64,000 nucleotides of DNA from Raillietiella orientalis (taxonomy: Eukaryota): positions 372,001 through 436,000 of the forward strand of contig JAYWIR010000020.1 in NCBI GenBank assembly GCA_036172245.1, in the 5' to 3' direction. The notes under the pieces are model-generated. The model searched no databases. It was not told the DNA's origin and saw only the letters and a program-made list of their open reading frames with translations. Numbering within the stretch: the stretch's first letter is position 1; the number at the start of each line of letters is the position of its first letter. Positions 1 to 14,400 of this stretch are shown here, piece after piece. The translations under genes were made by a program, and so were the position numbers.

Positions 1-1147
1 TCTGTTGCAATTGAGAAGGAAAGCCTGCTGGTAAGGTGGGTTGTTGAAATGTATGGGTGGGGGACTGCAGACCAGTAGGCAAGCTGAGAGGAAGGGCGGT
101 TGACAAATTGCTGTGTATGGAAAGTCAATTAATTCTCTGCTACTTGCCTACCTTATAGGGAAGTGCTTAGCAAATGATGTTCCTGGTGTGGATGCTCCAG
201 AAAGCGTGGATGATGCCATACTGGTGCTACTCCGATTGCTACTGATTAAATGCTGAAAATGAACATACAAACACAATGTACCTATAAATTTCTCGACTGG
301 GGCTGGCTAATGAGGAAGTGAGGCTCAAAGTCACTGGTAACTCAACAGAGCCATTGATACTAGTGGCTACAGAAACTGATGTCCGTGAGGAAGACAATAA
401 ATGATGCGAGCTACAGTGAGATCTTTTGAGGCCATCTCCCATAGAGCGATCACTCGTTGGATATGAAATCTACAAAAAATCTCGAAAATTTCTCGACTAC
501 TGGAACTTGCCTCTGATCGATTATTGTTCCAAACAAAAACATTTTTGGCACTGGAATGCTCTGTTTTAATTTCGCAATCCTTGGAACTATGTTGTTTCAA
601 ATTTGACCGATCTCTGGCTAAATTAAGCACTGCTGAATGAAGTGCAGGAACTGTATTCCTTGAACAATGATTGGATACAACTGTACTCTGTGTTGTAGTT
701 AAATAAGGTTTATGAAGAGGAGGCAAAGAACTACACAGTGGCGTTACAGAGGAAATCAGTCCTCTAGATCCACACATAGAATCCGTTGGTGCTGTTTGAG
801 AAACTGAACCACGGCTATTACATAAAGATGTAGATTCCACACAATCACTTAATGGTGCTGATGAGTATACAACAGTACATGTAGTATAAGTAGCAGTAAG
901 AGGGCATGAAACTGGGCTTGAATGGGAAACATCTTTTATTAATGGTGAAGAAGAAACGGGCTTTGGTGAGGAGTAGGAATTAACTATTAATAATTTTGTT
1001 CCATTACTAATTTTTGGAGGCACATCTGGTGATGAATGATCACCTATTATAAACACAAAGTCATTTAATCTGCCACGTAATGTAACATTATTGCAACTTA
1101 CGTTTCCCAGAAGCAAAGAGTTCTGAAGTGAATCCACTGTCAGATGC
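1..1147 (-). CDS. tay: tay/AUTS2-like Ser/Thr/Pro-rich exons (1102..1147, 511..1043, 282..469, 152..241, 1..110)
   Basis: Removing introns 1044..1101 (58 nt), 470..510 (41 nt, GC-AG), 242..281 (40 nt) and 111..151 (41 nt) gives one continuous ORF joining the 367..1137 and 239..442 ORFs. Confidence 0.82.
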
Positions 1148-4100
1148 CTACAAAATCAAGTAAACAATACAAATGGAAAATGGGAGAGAATATGAATAAT
1201 TATTTATGGATGAAATTAACAGGAACGCAATAAGCTGCTAACAAGTCTAATAGTTGGTGGAATACTATATGAACATACAAAAGAATTCGGTTAAAATTTT
1301 TAAGTTGGTTCAACTCTTATTTATGAATAAATTAAGTGCGCGAAAGATAATTTAAATCACGTCTGAAATAATGAAAATGTTTAACCTGAAGAGTCAAAGC
1401 GACATGATCAAAATGTCCAAAAATAAAAACTAGCGATCCAGCATTTATTACAAACTAAAGTGATCTTTACCATAACGTATTATCATATATATATATATAT
1501 ATATATTCCGCAAAACTCAATACATATGATATTAATTAAAATCAAGAATCACAAGAATGTTCCCAAAAATCAAACTGATTATGTTAAACCTATAAAGTTT
1601 TCTTTAAGTGAGATTTTAACAGCTAAATTCCCATTTTAGTTCCATGTACTTAATGTACTCAATAGTTAAAAAAAAAAATCCAACACGGGAGACAACCTAT
1701 CTTGTCAATCAATATACTGATATTTTAGCACGCACCGTACCAACTTCAATGACACTGTTCCTGTTAAAACCCTTTGTATGAAACGTGATTTGGATCTTTC
1801 AAACATTTGTACTTGCTGAAACATACACAAATCTAAAACTCTTACGCTATCATCATACGGGTGGCAAAACTCGATGACTGGCACTTAATTATAATAAAGA
1901 ATAAGACTAACCATGAATACAATTCATTAAACTTGCGTACCATAACGAAAATCATGAGCTGAAAGAAGATTTTTCAAATACTTCAGAAATCAATATATAC
2001 ACTGAATAACCATATTCGTTCAAAGGTCCAAACACCGGTATTACACAGAAGGACACAGATACAAACAGATATACGTACAGATACAGAAAAAAATGGAACA
2101 GCAGAATGAATAATTGAAACATCGGCCTCAGTTGAGGAAAAGGAAGCATATGACTTTTTCATTAGAAAACGGTCCGGCATTCGTCGAAATCACACACGCA
2201 AACGTACGTATCGTTATGATTATGCGCAAATTATCAACCGGCGCTTTTGGAAATTTATATACAAACAGCAACTTGCGCAAACATTTCTTGGCATTTCTCG
2301 AACTACTAAGGGGGCACGGAATCGAAGTGCAGCTCGAAGCCAACCCGCACTTTTCGTTATCAAAAGCTCACGACGTCTCTTTCTGAGTTTACGTGAAACA
2401 ACGATCACAATAGTGTTGCGGAAGAAGTGGAAGAAAGAAGCACTATTCTAAAAATCGATCTCGTGAATCAGAAGGTCTAAAGCAACTGAACTTTACCTTA
2501 TCGTCTTCACTTTCCACATCACACTGAAAAGACAAACAAAATTAATTTACACAGGGAAGGGGAAAAAGGCATCGATTTTTCAAGATCAACATGGTATTAG
2601 TATATAACCAATACATCGCGAGAGTCAATAAATAGCAGTGTTCAATCAAAGAGGAAATGCACGCCTCGTCATCTGCATGGCTTACAAAAATTCACGTTGC
2701 CCTATTTATTCAGGAATTTGTTCGTAATCTTTAGTACATTCCATGTAAAGAATGAAGGGCTACAGACAGGCCGAGGCTACGTGCTACAAATAGCGTAGCG
2801 TTCGTTCATCTACTCACTAAATGCTTCATGTTTTAGAGAACTAAGGAAAAGACTAGAAACGACGAAACTTTTGAATGCAAAAACACGATCTGTACTGCCT
2901 TTGTACTGAAATTCTGGGGAGCCATTCTCAATATCCTCATCACGAAACATTTGAAAAAACTTTCAGAGCAACTGGCATTTAACTGAATGCTTTCAAGCAC
3001 CGTGCATGAATCTCTCAAAAAGGCTGTGTATTCTAAATACAATGGGGGGGGGGGGGGGGAACTCCTTTCAATTGAAGGGAGTCTTTTGATCATGGAAAAA
3101 TGTAGAAATATTTTTTTGGAATCGCTTAAAATCATGAAGCAGAGATCATTCGATAAAAAACGAGAAGAGCACACGTGAGCGTTATGAAAATTGATATTTA
3201 CAGTGCATTTTTAGCATTGAACAAAAGCCAAATTTGAAAGACAAGTCTACATTCGAGTGGTTCCGATCTAGATGTTTGAAACTTACAGTTCATAAATTCT
3301 TTGAAGAAGTCTTCAACATTTTGACTATGATTCCAATAATAATAACAATAACAATAATAATACAAAAGATGCTGACTAAATAACGGAAAATATAACTAAA
3401 AGAAGAGTATAACTAAAAGACTGAATGCGAAAACGGCTGCGAGTTAAGTTTGGGCAACTCTAGCAATCCACCAAACCACCGATTCGACATTCTCGAATTC
3501 ACTTCTTCAAGGCAACCGAAGAGGTAAGAAGGTAGCAAGACAAATATCCCATGATATCGAAAAGAAAATGCTGAAAATCACCAATGAGGACGTCAACCAT
3601 TCTGGTTTTCGTTAAGATTCACCACTCGAGATCTTGTGGGGGGGGGGGGCACTGCAGTGCCCATTCTGTAATTACTGGATGCATAAATGTTTACAGGACG
3701 TTTCTTTGTGTATTTGCAAGGTTCAAGGAATTCAACATGGCGACAACGATGGAAACAAGAACAGTACAAAAGAAGAGACAACTGCTTCTCAGGGAAAATA
3801 TGTGTAAACGACGGCAACCACGAGTAGGAAACTGCGCCATTCTGATATATAGGGAAAACACATCATCCATTCGACTGCTTACTGATTACACCAAAATAAC
3901 TTTACATTACACCCAAATTTACTCTTAGTTCAAAATTACACAATAATATGTAAACATACCTACTATTCTATAAGTACACTGATTGATAAACTGAAGCACA
4001 TCGAACTCTCCCTTTTACGGTATAATTATAATACTGCATTAATGACTCATCACACCCTACGTAATGCACACTGCACCTCAACATAAGCACTGCTACATGT

Positions 4101-7100
4101 AAAAGCAAGTGTGCTAAAGATATTAAAGACAAATTTAATCCATTAAAGATACGTTCAATCAAAATGTGTACATTTCTTCCAAGGTTAGCATTATTAGGAA
4201 AACAAGAGTGAGGTAATTTAACACCGTGTAGTGGAGTACAAAAAGTCACTTCTCTCTCACTTCTTCCGCATATTTAGTATAAATAACAAATTACATATAC
4301 GAAAAGTCTGCCTATCTAGATTGAACCATAAATCTGTCGACTAAATTCAAACCAATTAATATGAAATTATTGAACAGCACGTGAATATAAATTACACAAT
4401 GCACACTTCTTTTGGCTCACAAACTCTTGAGTTTGCGGATTAAAGAACTCCATCAACATAAAATTGGGGCAGTTAAACCCTGAAATGCACAAATAAACCA
4501 AGAGCAACGAAGCAAAAGACACTTCAAAGGCAAAAAGAAGAAAAACTGTCCGATTTTGAGTGAACACACACGAATAACAAGGTGCGGACGCCTTTCATTT
4601 CATTCCCCCCCCCCCCCCCAAAAAAAAAAAAAACTCATTTTACTAATTCTATAATCTAAACATCTAAAAATTCTGGGAGGCATAGAAATGAAGTAATTCT
4701 GTTGAAATGAGCCAAACGGTGAAAATTATGGGAGAGGGGGTTCAACGAAGATTACCAGTATCATTAGGAAGAAAAAAAAAAAAAAAATTAGATATCTACG
4801 CAAATATGCAATCCGCATGTCCCACTATTGCTCTTCGAGATAACTTTTTTTGCTACCAAGGTCGATGCATTTTATGTTACACGATCGAATTCAGAAACTG
4901 ATCACACGCTTTCTGTATCCATTTCAAATACACGTGAATGACCCGCAAGACACAATCATCTTGTGAATGATATTTAAGAAAATAACCGTGCCCTTGGATG
5001 ACGTGAAGGGGGAGAGGGGGGACGCGGAGAATAAGATCTCCGGTTGCTTATTAATCATTAATTGTATGTGGAATCAATCCTAGGAAAAAATTAACAATTA
5101 CGTGTACATACCTTTTCAAAAGTGTAACCATCCTTACACTTCTAAACAACTGCCCCTTACGGCTGGAAGAAAAAACTGTAACAGTGGATTTGTACGTAAA
5201 TGCTTACGGCAGCATCTCGATTTTCATCTTTCGGTAAGGAATTTTCCTGTTACTGTTCCGTTGCCTAAACAATACCGTCTGATTCAAATAGGTGCATGCA
5301 AAACGGAATCAAGGCAATGAAAATCATCCGAACTTTTTAGGGCGGACCACCGCAAACTTCCGAGACATCGATCGGTACAGAACACCGGTCTGTCCACAGG
5401 CGTGTCAACCAACACGCTTCGTACAATAAGGAAGCCGCGAAACGCTGGACACAGTGGTGGCTGAAGAGGCAACCACACAAATGCTGCTTTGCTGAATATG
5501 CTCCCAGCATTTGATTGTACGGAGAAGCGAGCAGGGACACAAACGCGGAAGGAGATCTCGTACACCGTTTACTTGTACTTCGTAACTCACACCACTTAGA
5601 TGATGGCCCAACTATGGCTACCGTCACCGTCTGTGTGCAGATGAATGCACCACAGCAACGCTGTGCTGCTACGAAACACTGAATTTTTCTTTACTCTTAT
5701 GTAATCTCTCTGATAATTTGAAATCCCTCCATCAAGAGGATTTGGAAAAGCTCTTTTAAAACAGCTAGTAAAGCAGTAATCACTCACCACATCCGACGCA
5801 ATGCACATCGCACCTCAATGTACGCATTGCATCATTACGCAAGTCGGATGAAACGAGATATGCAGAAAATCTTTAAAATTTATTGAATGTAAAAATTACT
5901 ACTTATGGAGCCCGGTTTCTTTCAACTAATGGGATTCAACTAATTCAAATAGATCTGTGAAATCATTAGCAATGAGCGTATCAATCCGTCCTACGTTAAC
6001 AAACTGAATGTTCAGTGTTCATTTATGACACTGCTTGAATTTTCTGTACCTTGTACAGTGAACGGATTCGAATAAAAATGGTTTTGCATCCATGGCTCAA
6101 TTTGGGGAAAAGGAAACAAACAAACAGAAAAAAAAAAAAAAAAAAACGAAGATATATTTATTTCAATTCGTGGACAATTACATAAATTACATTATGTACA
6201 GGTAAAAAAAAAAAACTGAGAGAATTCACTGTCACAGCCAACGAACGCGTACAGTCAAGGGAAAAAAAACAGATAAACGAATAATGATGGTAGTTTTTAA
6301 TTAATACTTCTTAATTGGAGGAGAATCCACTTACTTTAATGCAAAACAATTAAGACCACTATTTTTGAATGGTCTATGGTTTGTAATCCATAAACAAAAT
6401 GCACTTCGATCACCCATTTGCTTTTCAATGTTTGGGGGGGGGGGGGGATAGGAGGCAAAGTTCAAAAAGGCAGAATTTTGTACAGTTCTCACAGCTGAAG
6501 TTTCAAACATAAAGAAATGGGAAATGTACGCTCACAAAACACACACATAAGAAAGTAAATGGTCAAAGCCACATGATCAGAAACACTCAAACCGACACGA
6601 AATTATCTTTCCTGATTTTTTAAATAAATAAATAAATAATGAGCTGAATACACCAAATAATTAATAATTTAATGAATTAAATTAATAATCATCGATTTAC
6701 GTTTCGTCCTGACCGTACGGAAAACACTCTCGAAACACTCGCAATGTAGGGAGTCTTCAAAAAACCTGACTCCAAGTCGCTTGATGACGTGATAAAACGA
6801 ATCACAACGTACTTTAATTACTATGGACAACTAACCTCACACACCAGTCGTGAGGTTCACACAAATACCGTCAAAATGTACAACGCGCAATTCACGTCAA
6901 CTACTAAAATTCACTTCATGATTTCATTTGCGATGGCAACACATATGGTATGTTTCGGACATCTGCACCGAAACGATTTTTCTCCTTTAAAGGATCCTAC
7001 CAAATAAACAAACAGATGAGAACACATGATAAGCTCAGCTGAGCTGGAAGCTGGGATCGAAAGCCGCCGGGGAAAATCGAGCACATGAGATGAGTCGCCT

Positions 7101-8378
7101 GGCAGTCTTTTCGTTATGCACACAGAACAGATTTGGAGGAGTTCCAAAACATGCAACGTGCACCACCTCGAACCGGGTGGACGGGAAATTTTTTCCTTCA
7201 GCACAGTTTCCACCGCAGACAAAGTATCCGGGAACTGTGTTTCCGTGACGGTTACGACAAAAATTTCAGGATTATCATGAGGGACTCTTGAAATTCTTGA
7301 ATTTTCCTCCCTGTGAAACGCGGTAAGGGGAAGAAAAAAAAAAAAAAAAAAACAGTTCGTTTTTGTGAAACAAACAGTCGATGCACGCGCGCATGCTGTT
7401 CATACTTCCCACTTGTGGGTCCATCATATGATGCAGAATAAATAAAATCAAAGAATACGCGCAGCATCCTCGCGAACCATGAAAAAGTTTGTTATGCAGA
7501 GCCATCCAGATTTGTGTTCGATCGAATTTCGGCACAAAAAGGAACAGTTTTTTTTTTTTTTTTTCTTCAAAGCATTGCACCAAACAAAGAAGAGATCGAA
7601 AAACATTGAACAAGAAATTCGTTTTCTTTTGCAGTAAGACTAAAAAAATTCGTAACACCCTACAAACCAAAAATAACTTACGATATAGCCACGTTCAGAA
7701 TTGCTCACGCTACTCTCCTAGAAAATGAAAGATACATTAGCCAACACAATTAAGACAGTTTAGCATTTTGAAAACAAATTGTGAACACCCGCCAATGTAG
7801 ACGTTAGAAAATAAACCCACCATGAAGCAGTTAGTATAACTTACATCACTTAAGAGATTCTGCAGACTTTCACAATTGCGCATGACCATTCCATTGCGAC
7901 ACAAAGATGGCTTGCTAGTGTTGTTAGGAAACTGCACATCAAGCTATAAACATCAGATTAATAAACACTATTAAACCAAAAAAGGGGGGGGAGGCAATAA
8001 AACACAATCAAATATTATGAAGAAAAAAAAAAAATGATGCGTATTTTCGTCATCTACACTTTCATCCAGTCCACTACACACTGAGCCAGTGACGGAATTT
8101 TTTTTAGACACAAAAATAAATATATTTAGGCTAAGAAAAATATTGAGGATTGTTCCTTGAATAAGAGCATGCATTCTTTGTGCCCGAGTACGAGCACGAA
8201 GAACTATATCTAAGAATTCACGAAAGCATTAATATATATATTACCTTATACTTAAACACTATGAATCTCGTGATTATGCAAAACATATGCCGATGTACTT
8301 TAATAAATGCAATCTGAACGCACGAAACCTCACAATGATTGAAAAACACATCCATGTTCACCTTTAAGTGTTTCATCT

Positions 8379-8418
<40 letters not shown>

Positions 8419-11400
8419 AACTGCTTTACAGGCACTTCACGAACTAAGAACCGCTTACAGATGACCTTTCAATGACCTTTAATTGAATCCGGTATCAAAA
8501 TGTGGGAAAAGTTTCACGAAGAAATTAAACTGACCAGAAATGTGTATCAGTTTAAAAATTGAAATTCAATAAACACTAAAGTAATAATAGTCGATTTACG
8601 ATAATCATTGAATAACTACCTTACTATTGAACGATTGCATAGTGATCAGATAAATACAGATCGAAAGTTGTAGGGGACCACATGAGTTTGGGGTCGCTAA
8701 ATGAAACCAATGGGATTCGCTTTAATTTTCAAGAATAAGATAAAAATTGTACGATCGTTATTTAAAGAGGGTACACATGCTGAAAATATGTGCATCCTCT
8801 AATCATCGTGAAAACTCGGTTTCATGCACCCCTCTGTCTTTAGAATCTCGACCAAGATCCCTTAGTTCCTCGATTTAGGAAGTATCCATGCCCACAGCAA
8901 TTTTTCCAGAAAATGGTCCTTTCTCTGCTTCAGCAAGAAAACCACATATCTCGGGATTCACCTCTTGTGTATCCAACTCCATAAAATGCACCATTCGGAA
9001 CCTCAATTACCATCATTTTTATTTTTATTTTCTATAGAAACTGCATTCACGTGTACTGCAATACAGGAAACATTCTCACAAGCCTCTATTCCTTCAGAGT
9101 CACTCTTGCTACTACATAAGGTAATTTGAAAAACCAGTCAATTATAGTATCTGATTTTTATTGAATCGTTACATCTACGCTTGATTCTCCGTTTTCGTTT
9201 TCAATCTTGGCTGTTGCGGCATTCGTTTATAAGGCCAAAATTAGAGTTACGATACCTCCATGTATTTCGTTTTTATAGCATAAACTAATTTCGTCATTGT
9301 GTTCAATGTGTTCTGTATTTTGGCATACATAAATATAAATACTGCAAACATACACAGATCCAAAACTGAAGCCGCTAATCGCTTTGCTTTCTTAAAACAC
9401 CAGCAACTGAAATACTGGTTCCTTTTGTTCTTTTCTCTGCTTAATTACCATTTTTGTTTTTGCTTGTAAAATTCTTTTGAAAGGTCATGAAATTGATCAG
9501 TGAGTTAAGTTTTAAAAATCAACAAAATTGCATGTTTTGGGAAAACCATGAGAAACAAACGAAATCCTCGTTCTAAATAACACGCATGCCTTGGGGGGGG
9601 GGGGGGGAAGGTCCATAAATTAGCGTTTTGAATTGACCTTCTAATAAACACTTCGGAGTTTTAACACTAATCGATTCACTTAATTATTACTCCGTGAATA
9701 TGGAAACAGTACACAAAGAAAGGATGAATCTTACTTTCTAAATACTTAATTAGGTTAATATTAAGAACTTAATGACTGCTTTGCTGAATGAACTGGTGCT
9801 AAAAATTCAAATTTCTGCAGATTTGATTGCTAACCAATTCAAAAGCTTGAAATCGACTCATACATCGTAATACGAGAATATTTCTCATACTAGTAATACT
9901 CTACATATCGTACGAAGTAACTTACAAACAGAATGGAAAACAACCCATGCGTTTTTTTTTTTTTTTTTTTTGTCTTAGAAACGAAGTTTAATAATTCAAA
10001 ACGATTTCACATGAGGGGGGGAATCTTGAAGATCGCCTGACCGGCTACCTACAGGATATTAATATCCCTGGTGTAATTATAAAGATCCATTTTGAAGTCA
10101 AAACTCAAACAATCATACACCACTAATCACAACAAAACTCTTCAATGCAATCATAGTTTTACAAACCATTTCAGAAATTTCAATGATAGAAATATGGAAA
10201 TGAGAAACTGTGAAATAAATCACAACAAATTATACTTCTGATAGTACAGGAACTGAATAAAAAGAAGATGAACTATAAAAGTCTGGATACGAATATAAGA
10301 CATACGATAGGCATTTTTTGTAAGTAGCGAAGGCGAAAAAACATTCCTGGAAATTCGAATGGGATTCTCCTCATGGGATTCGAATTCTCCTCTCTGAAAT
10401 CAAAAAGAATGCACATGATCCAGCCCTAAAACTTAGAGATAAGAAAAATCCGAAAACCGATTGCACGCGTTCTTTTAAAAGGATAGAATGCAACTTCATT
10501 AATGATGATACACTGAATACTGATGGACTTTGAAAAAAAATAAAGTATTCAAAAACCTTCATCAAATACGAATCCATTTATCAATTAAGCCTACAATGCA
10601 TGGCAGCACTTTTTGAAAGAACTGCTTTGAAACAATCAACCCGTAACTTCTTTCAGTATCATTTTCTGGGATTGTCTTCACTGATGATGACTGTATACTT
10701 CTTCAGGAAAACAAGGAAGCTAGAAGTTTTAAATACCATATGGTCAGCATGCCATCATACCAACCATGTGCTTATATATCAGTAGTTTAAAACACTAGTT
10801 AAAATAAAGTAGCAGTACAGTTAGAAGCACTACAAATGGATCCTACAATCAAATACTTGGAACACCAAACAATTTTATGAAACCACTATTACATTTCTCA
10901 ATTTGATCGAAAAACTCTGTATGGCAAACAATTTCAACAAAACCTGCGCAAAACCTTCAAGTCTATCATAGAATTCTTAGATGGTGAACATCGTTCTGTT
11001 ATTGTTCATTTACGAAAAGTAACAAATTTAAACGACAAACCTAAAAACGCAAATTAAAAACGGAACAAAATAAAAGCGTTTCACACCTCTTAACTTGTGA
11101 AATACAACTTGTGAGATACGTGATTAATACAATTACTTGGATATTTGCAAAAATGGATTTTAAAAAATAACATCCAGTTTCAAAATCATTGAAAAAAACA
11201 GTAGAAGAGAAAAAGCTTAATAAAACTATATGGCTGTACCACAAAGCAAAAAATACAAAATAGGCAAATAAAGTCAGTCAAACAAAATAACTCACTTCAT
11301 TGTATTTTTTTCTACCTTTATTGTACCAAGGAAACATTTTGCAGATGATATGACTTTTACATATGTTAAATATAATATTCAGTATTCAACAATTCAAATA

Positions 11401-14400
11401 AATTATGAAATTGAATTTGCCAATGTGCTTATGAACAAAATTGCATTCATTACTAAAACAGACTAACAACTCCATAAGTAAATTCAACAAGTTTGCATAG
11501 TTCATTAAGTCAGTTTTTGAGATGTGTACATTCTCAAGCTATGCTAAACATACGTAAAAATAAAAATTATCGTTACAAAAAATCGATTTTTTGAATTATC
11601 AGTCACAAACAAATCAGTTGCACAAAAGGATGAATTGTAAATTGCTCCACCTTATGTTTTTTCTTTTTTGGCTTTTTGGAAGTCTTCAGCTTGCTAACAG
11701 GACCATCTGTTGCATGCCAAAAATTATGAAAAGGATCTGGAAGGCATCTTTTTTCTTCAATATATTGAGCAACTTTCTAAAAATACAAAAGAAACAGTAG
11801 TGTACACAATCTTTGATATCAATATAGAATAAATCAAGGCAACAGTCGAAATTTCAGACTCCAAAAAATAATAATAATTAAAAATATAATTAGGTGAAAA
11901 TAATAATTACTATATAATTAGGTGTGTTTGTATATAAAAGGAAAAATTGTGCAAAAATAATGAACCAAAATTATTTTCAAACATGAAACCTTATTACACA
12001 ATAACTTATGTTGAAAAATGAAATAATTTATGAGCTAACTACATGAATACGTATAATAAAAGCATAATGCATTGAAACATCTGTGCTTAGCAATTTACTA
12101 CCTTGACCTAAGTATAACTGATACATGACTATCTAAGATACATAAATGGCGAAAATTTATATAGTTGTTGGACATATGTGCTGTGCGATGCAATATACAG
12201 AACATTAGTTGTTACTACAATTTTCAAGGGATCATTTAAACATGACATAAAATATTTTTAAATAAGGAATATACATTTTTTTACCTTGAGAAATTATAAA
12301 GTAGAAAACATACATTTGAAAAGAAGACAAATGAAAATTAATGCAAACACTGAGATACAAAATCTTAACAGAAGAAAAAAACGAAAAATTTCTTCGTATT
12401 CAACTTTTTCGCTAAAACTATCATTTTGAATTACAAATGTGCAGTCATAAACTTCAACTTCTTATAAAAATTTTCAAAACTCTGATCATACATCATTCCT
12501 AACTAAACAAATTTCTTGCAACAACTTCATTATGATCATGAGTTATAATGTTTGATCATGAGTATTCTATTGATTTACAAAATGAAAATACTTTTTTCAT
12601 TACAGTCTTTTAATATTTTATTCTATTATTTACCTTATTCTGAACAAACTTTCAAATAATGCTTAACAATTGGCTCACATTTCACAAGTGTGAGTAACAT
12701 TTTTAATATTTCCATAATATGTAATAGTCACACATGAAATCCAATTCTAAATATACATATAAAAATGAAACATTTACATGAATGATCAGCATAAGATACT
12801 AATCTTAACATCGTAACTATTAATAAGACTACTTTCAAAGCGATGCCAACTGGGAATAATTTCAGGAGTATTTACAAAAGATGAAGCAGAAAAATGCTAC
12901 AGCTTACAAAAATGGAACAATACAGTTTTGCTATGAATCACCAAATCACTAGGAACTTCTTTAATAAATAGTAAAAAAAGGAAGAATAAAGAACATGTAG
13001 CAGCTCAAGATGAATGAAAAGCACACTTACATGATTACCTATAAGAAACACCACAGCTTCGTAATATATCCCTAAGAACATTTCTCTAAAAATAAAAAGC
13101 AATGTCTCTAATGATTTCAAAGATATGATTTTGAAAAAAAATTCAAATTATGTACGACTACTGAATTATTACAGTATGTTCATTAGCAAAAAAATTAGGT
13201 AGGATATGATTTTCCTTAAATCAACTCCTACTTTCCGAGATAACCTGATATGAAATCCATTTCTGCTTAAATCTACTTGTTCCAGATGCATCATAGTGTA
13301 CATTGAAAATTTATAACTCCTTGCTAAAAATTCCAAGAAAAATATAGAGTGTTTTTCAACCTTTTTTTTTTTTTACAATGAAACCCAACTGGAAAAGGTC
13401 TGGTTTTGAATACACAGCTAGAAGAATAAAAAAATTTTCATGAAGTGTAATGACACCCACTGGTCCGACCAAAAAACAAAACATGTGCACTATAATCTAT
13501 CACATGCTTTCACTAGCTTTGGTCAATGGAAAATTTATGCAGCATGAACAAGGAAATAAAACTGTTACACCAATCACACCAGGCAGAAAACTGAACAAAG
13601 TTGGTTTCTTTAAAATCAATTCTAGACAAGATAAATATGAAGCATAAGGATTTTTATAAGGAGCCAATGCCGAAATGTAAGAAAAAACGAACATGAAATG
13701 AGAATTGGATGAAAACAATAAAAGCAAAAAACATGTTCTATCATTAGTACTCTTTGATAAATGAAACATTCACTGTATCACAAAAAAAATCACTTTCTCC
13801 ACCATTCACTTCCAAATTTTATTTTGAATTCTGAATTTAATATTACTGATTAATGACATTCTGTCAAGATTTAAGCAATACTAAAAAGTGTCAAACAAAA
13901 TTATATGAAACTTACAGCATGCCAGCTTGACACAATTTTCAAGATTTCAATCCTAACCATTAAACCAGTCATTTATTATCTGGAATTGAATCCATGACTA
14001 ACTCATTCAACAACCTTAATAATAATTGGAAAATATCAGCTCCATAAAATGAGTTCCTTAAATACGTTTATTCCACATTATTTGCAGACTGACAAAACAG
14101 AAAGTTGTATTTCCAAACAAAGCTAATGATCTTATCAAATTACTAAATAATTCAAGCACTATAGGTAACCTTGGCTCTCATGAAACAATGGCCATAACAT
14201 TCTTTATCCAATGACTACAACAGTTCTGCACTTGAATTTTCAGAATGAGCTCACCATGATCCTGTATTTCTGCATCCTAAATAACAAATGTACTTGCAAC
14301 TATGCATTTGCAAGGCACTTATGAATGCCTTTTCAGTTTTGTATCTGAGGTTTGAAATTACATGCATAACATAAATTTGCCAATTCTAATCCAAACTAAA

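Noticed and set aside
9038..9120. Plus-strand exon-like unit (tatag|...AAG|gtaatt) antisense to tay
   Set aside because: Isolated, with no partner exons or recognisable peptide.
8040..11315. Extra tay exons near 11296..11315, 10650..10701 and 8056..8080
   Set aside because: Exon-like, but I could not build a phase-consistent chain with good splice sites. The model works without them.
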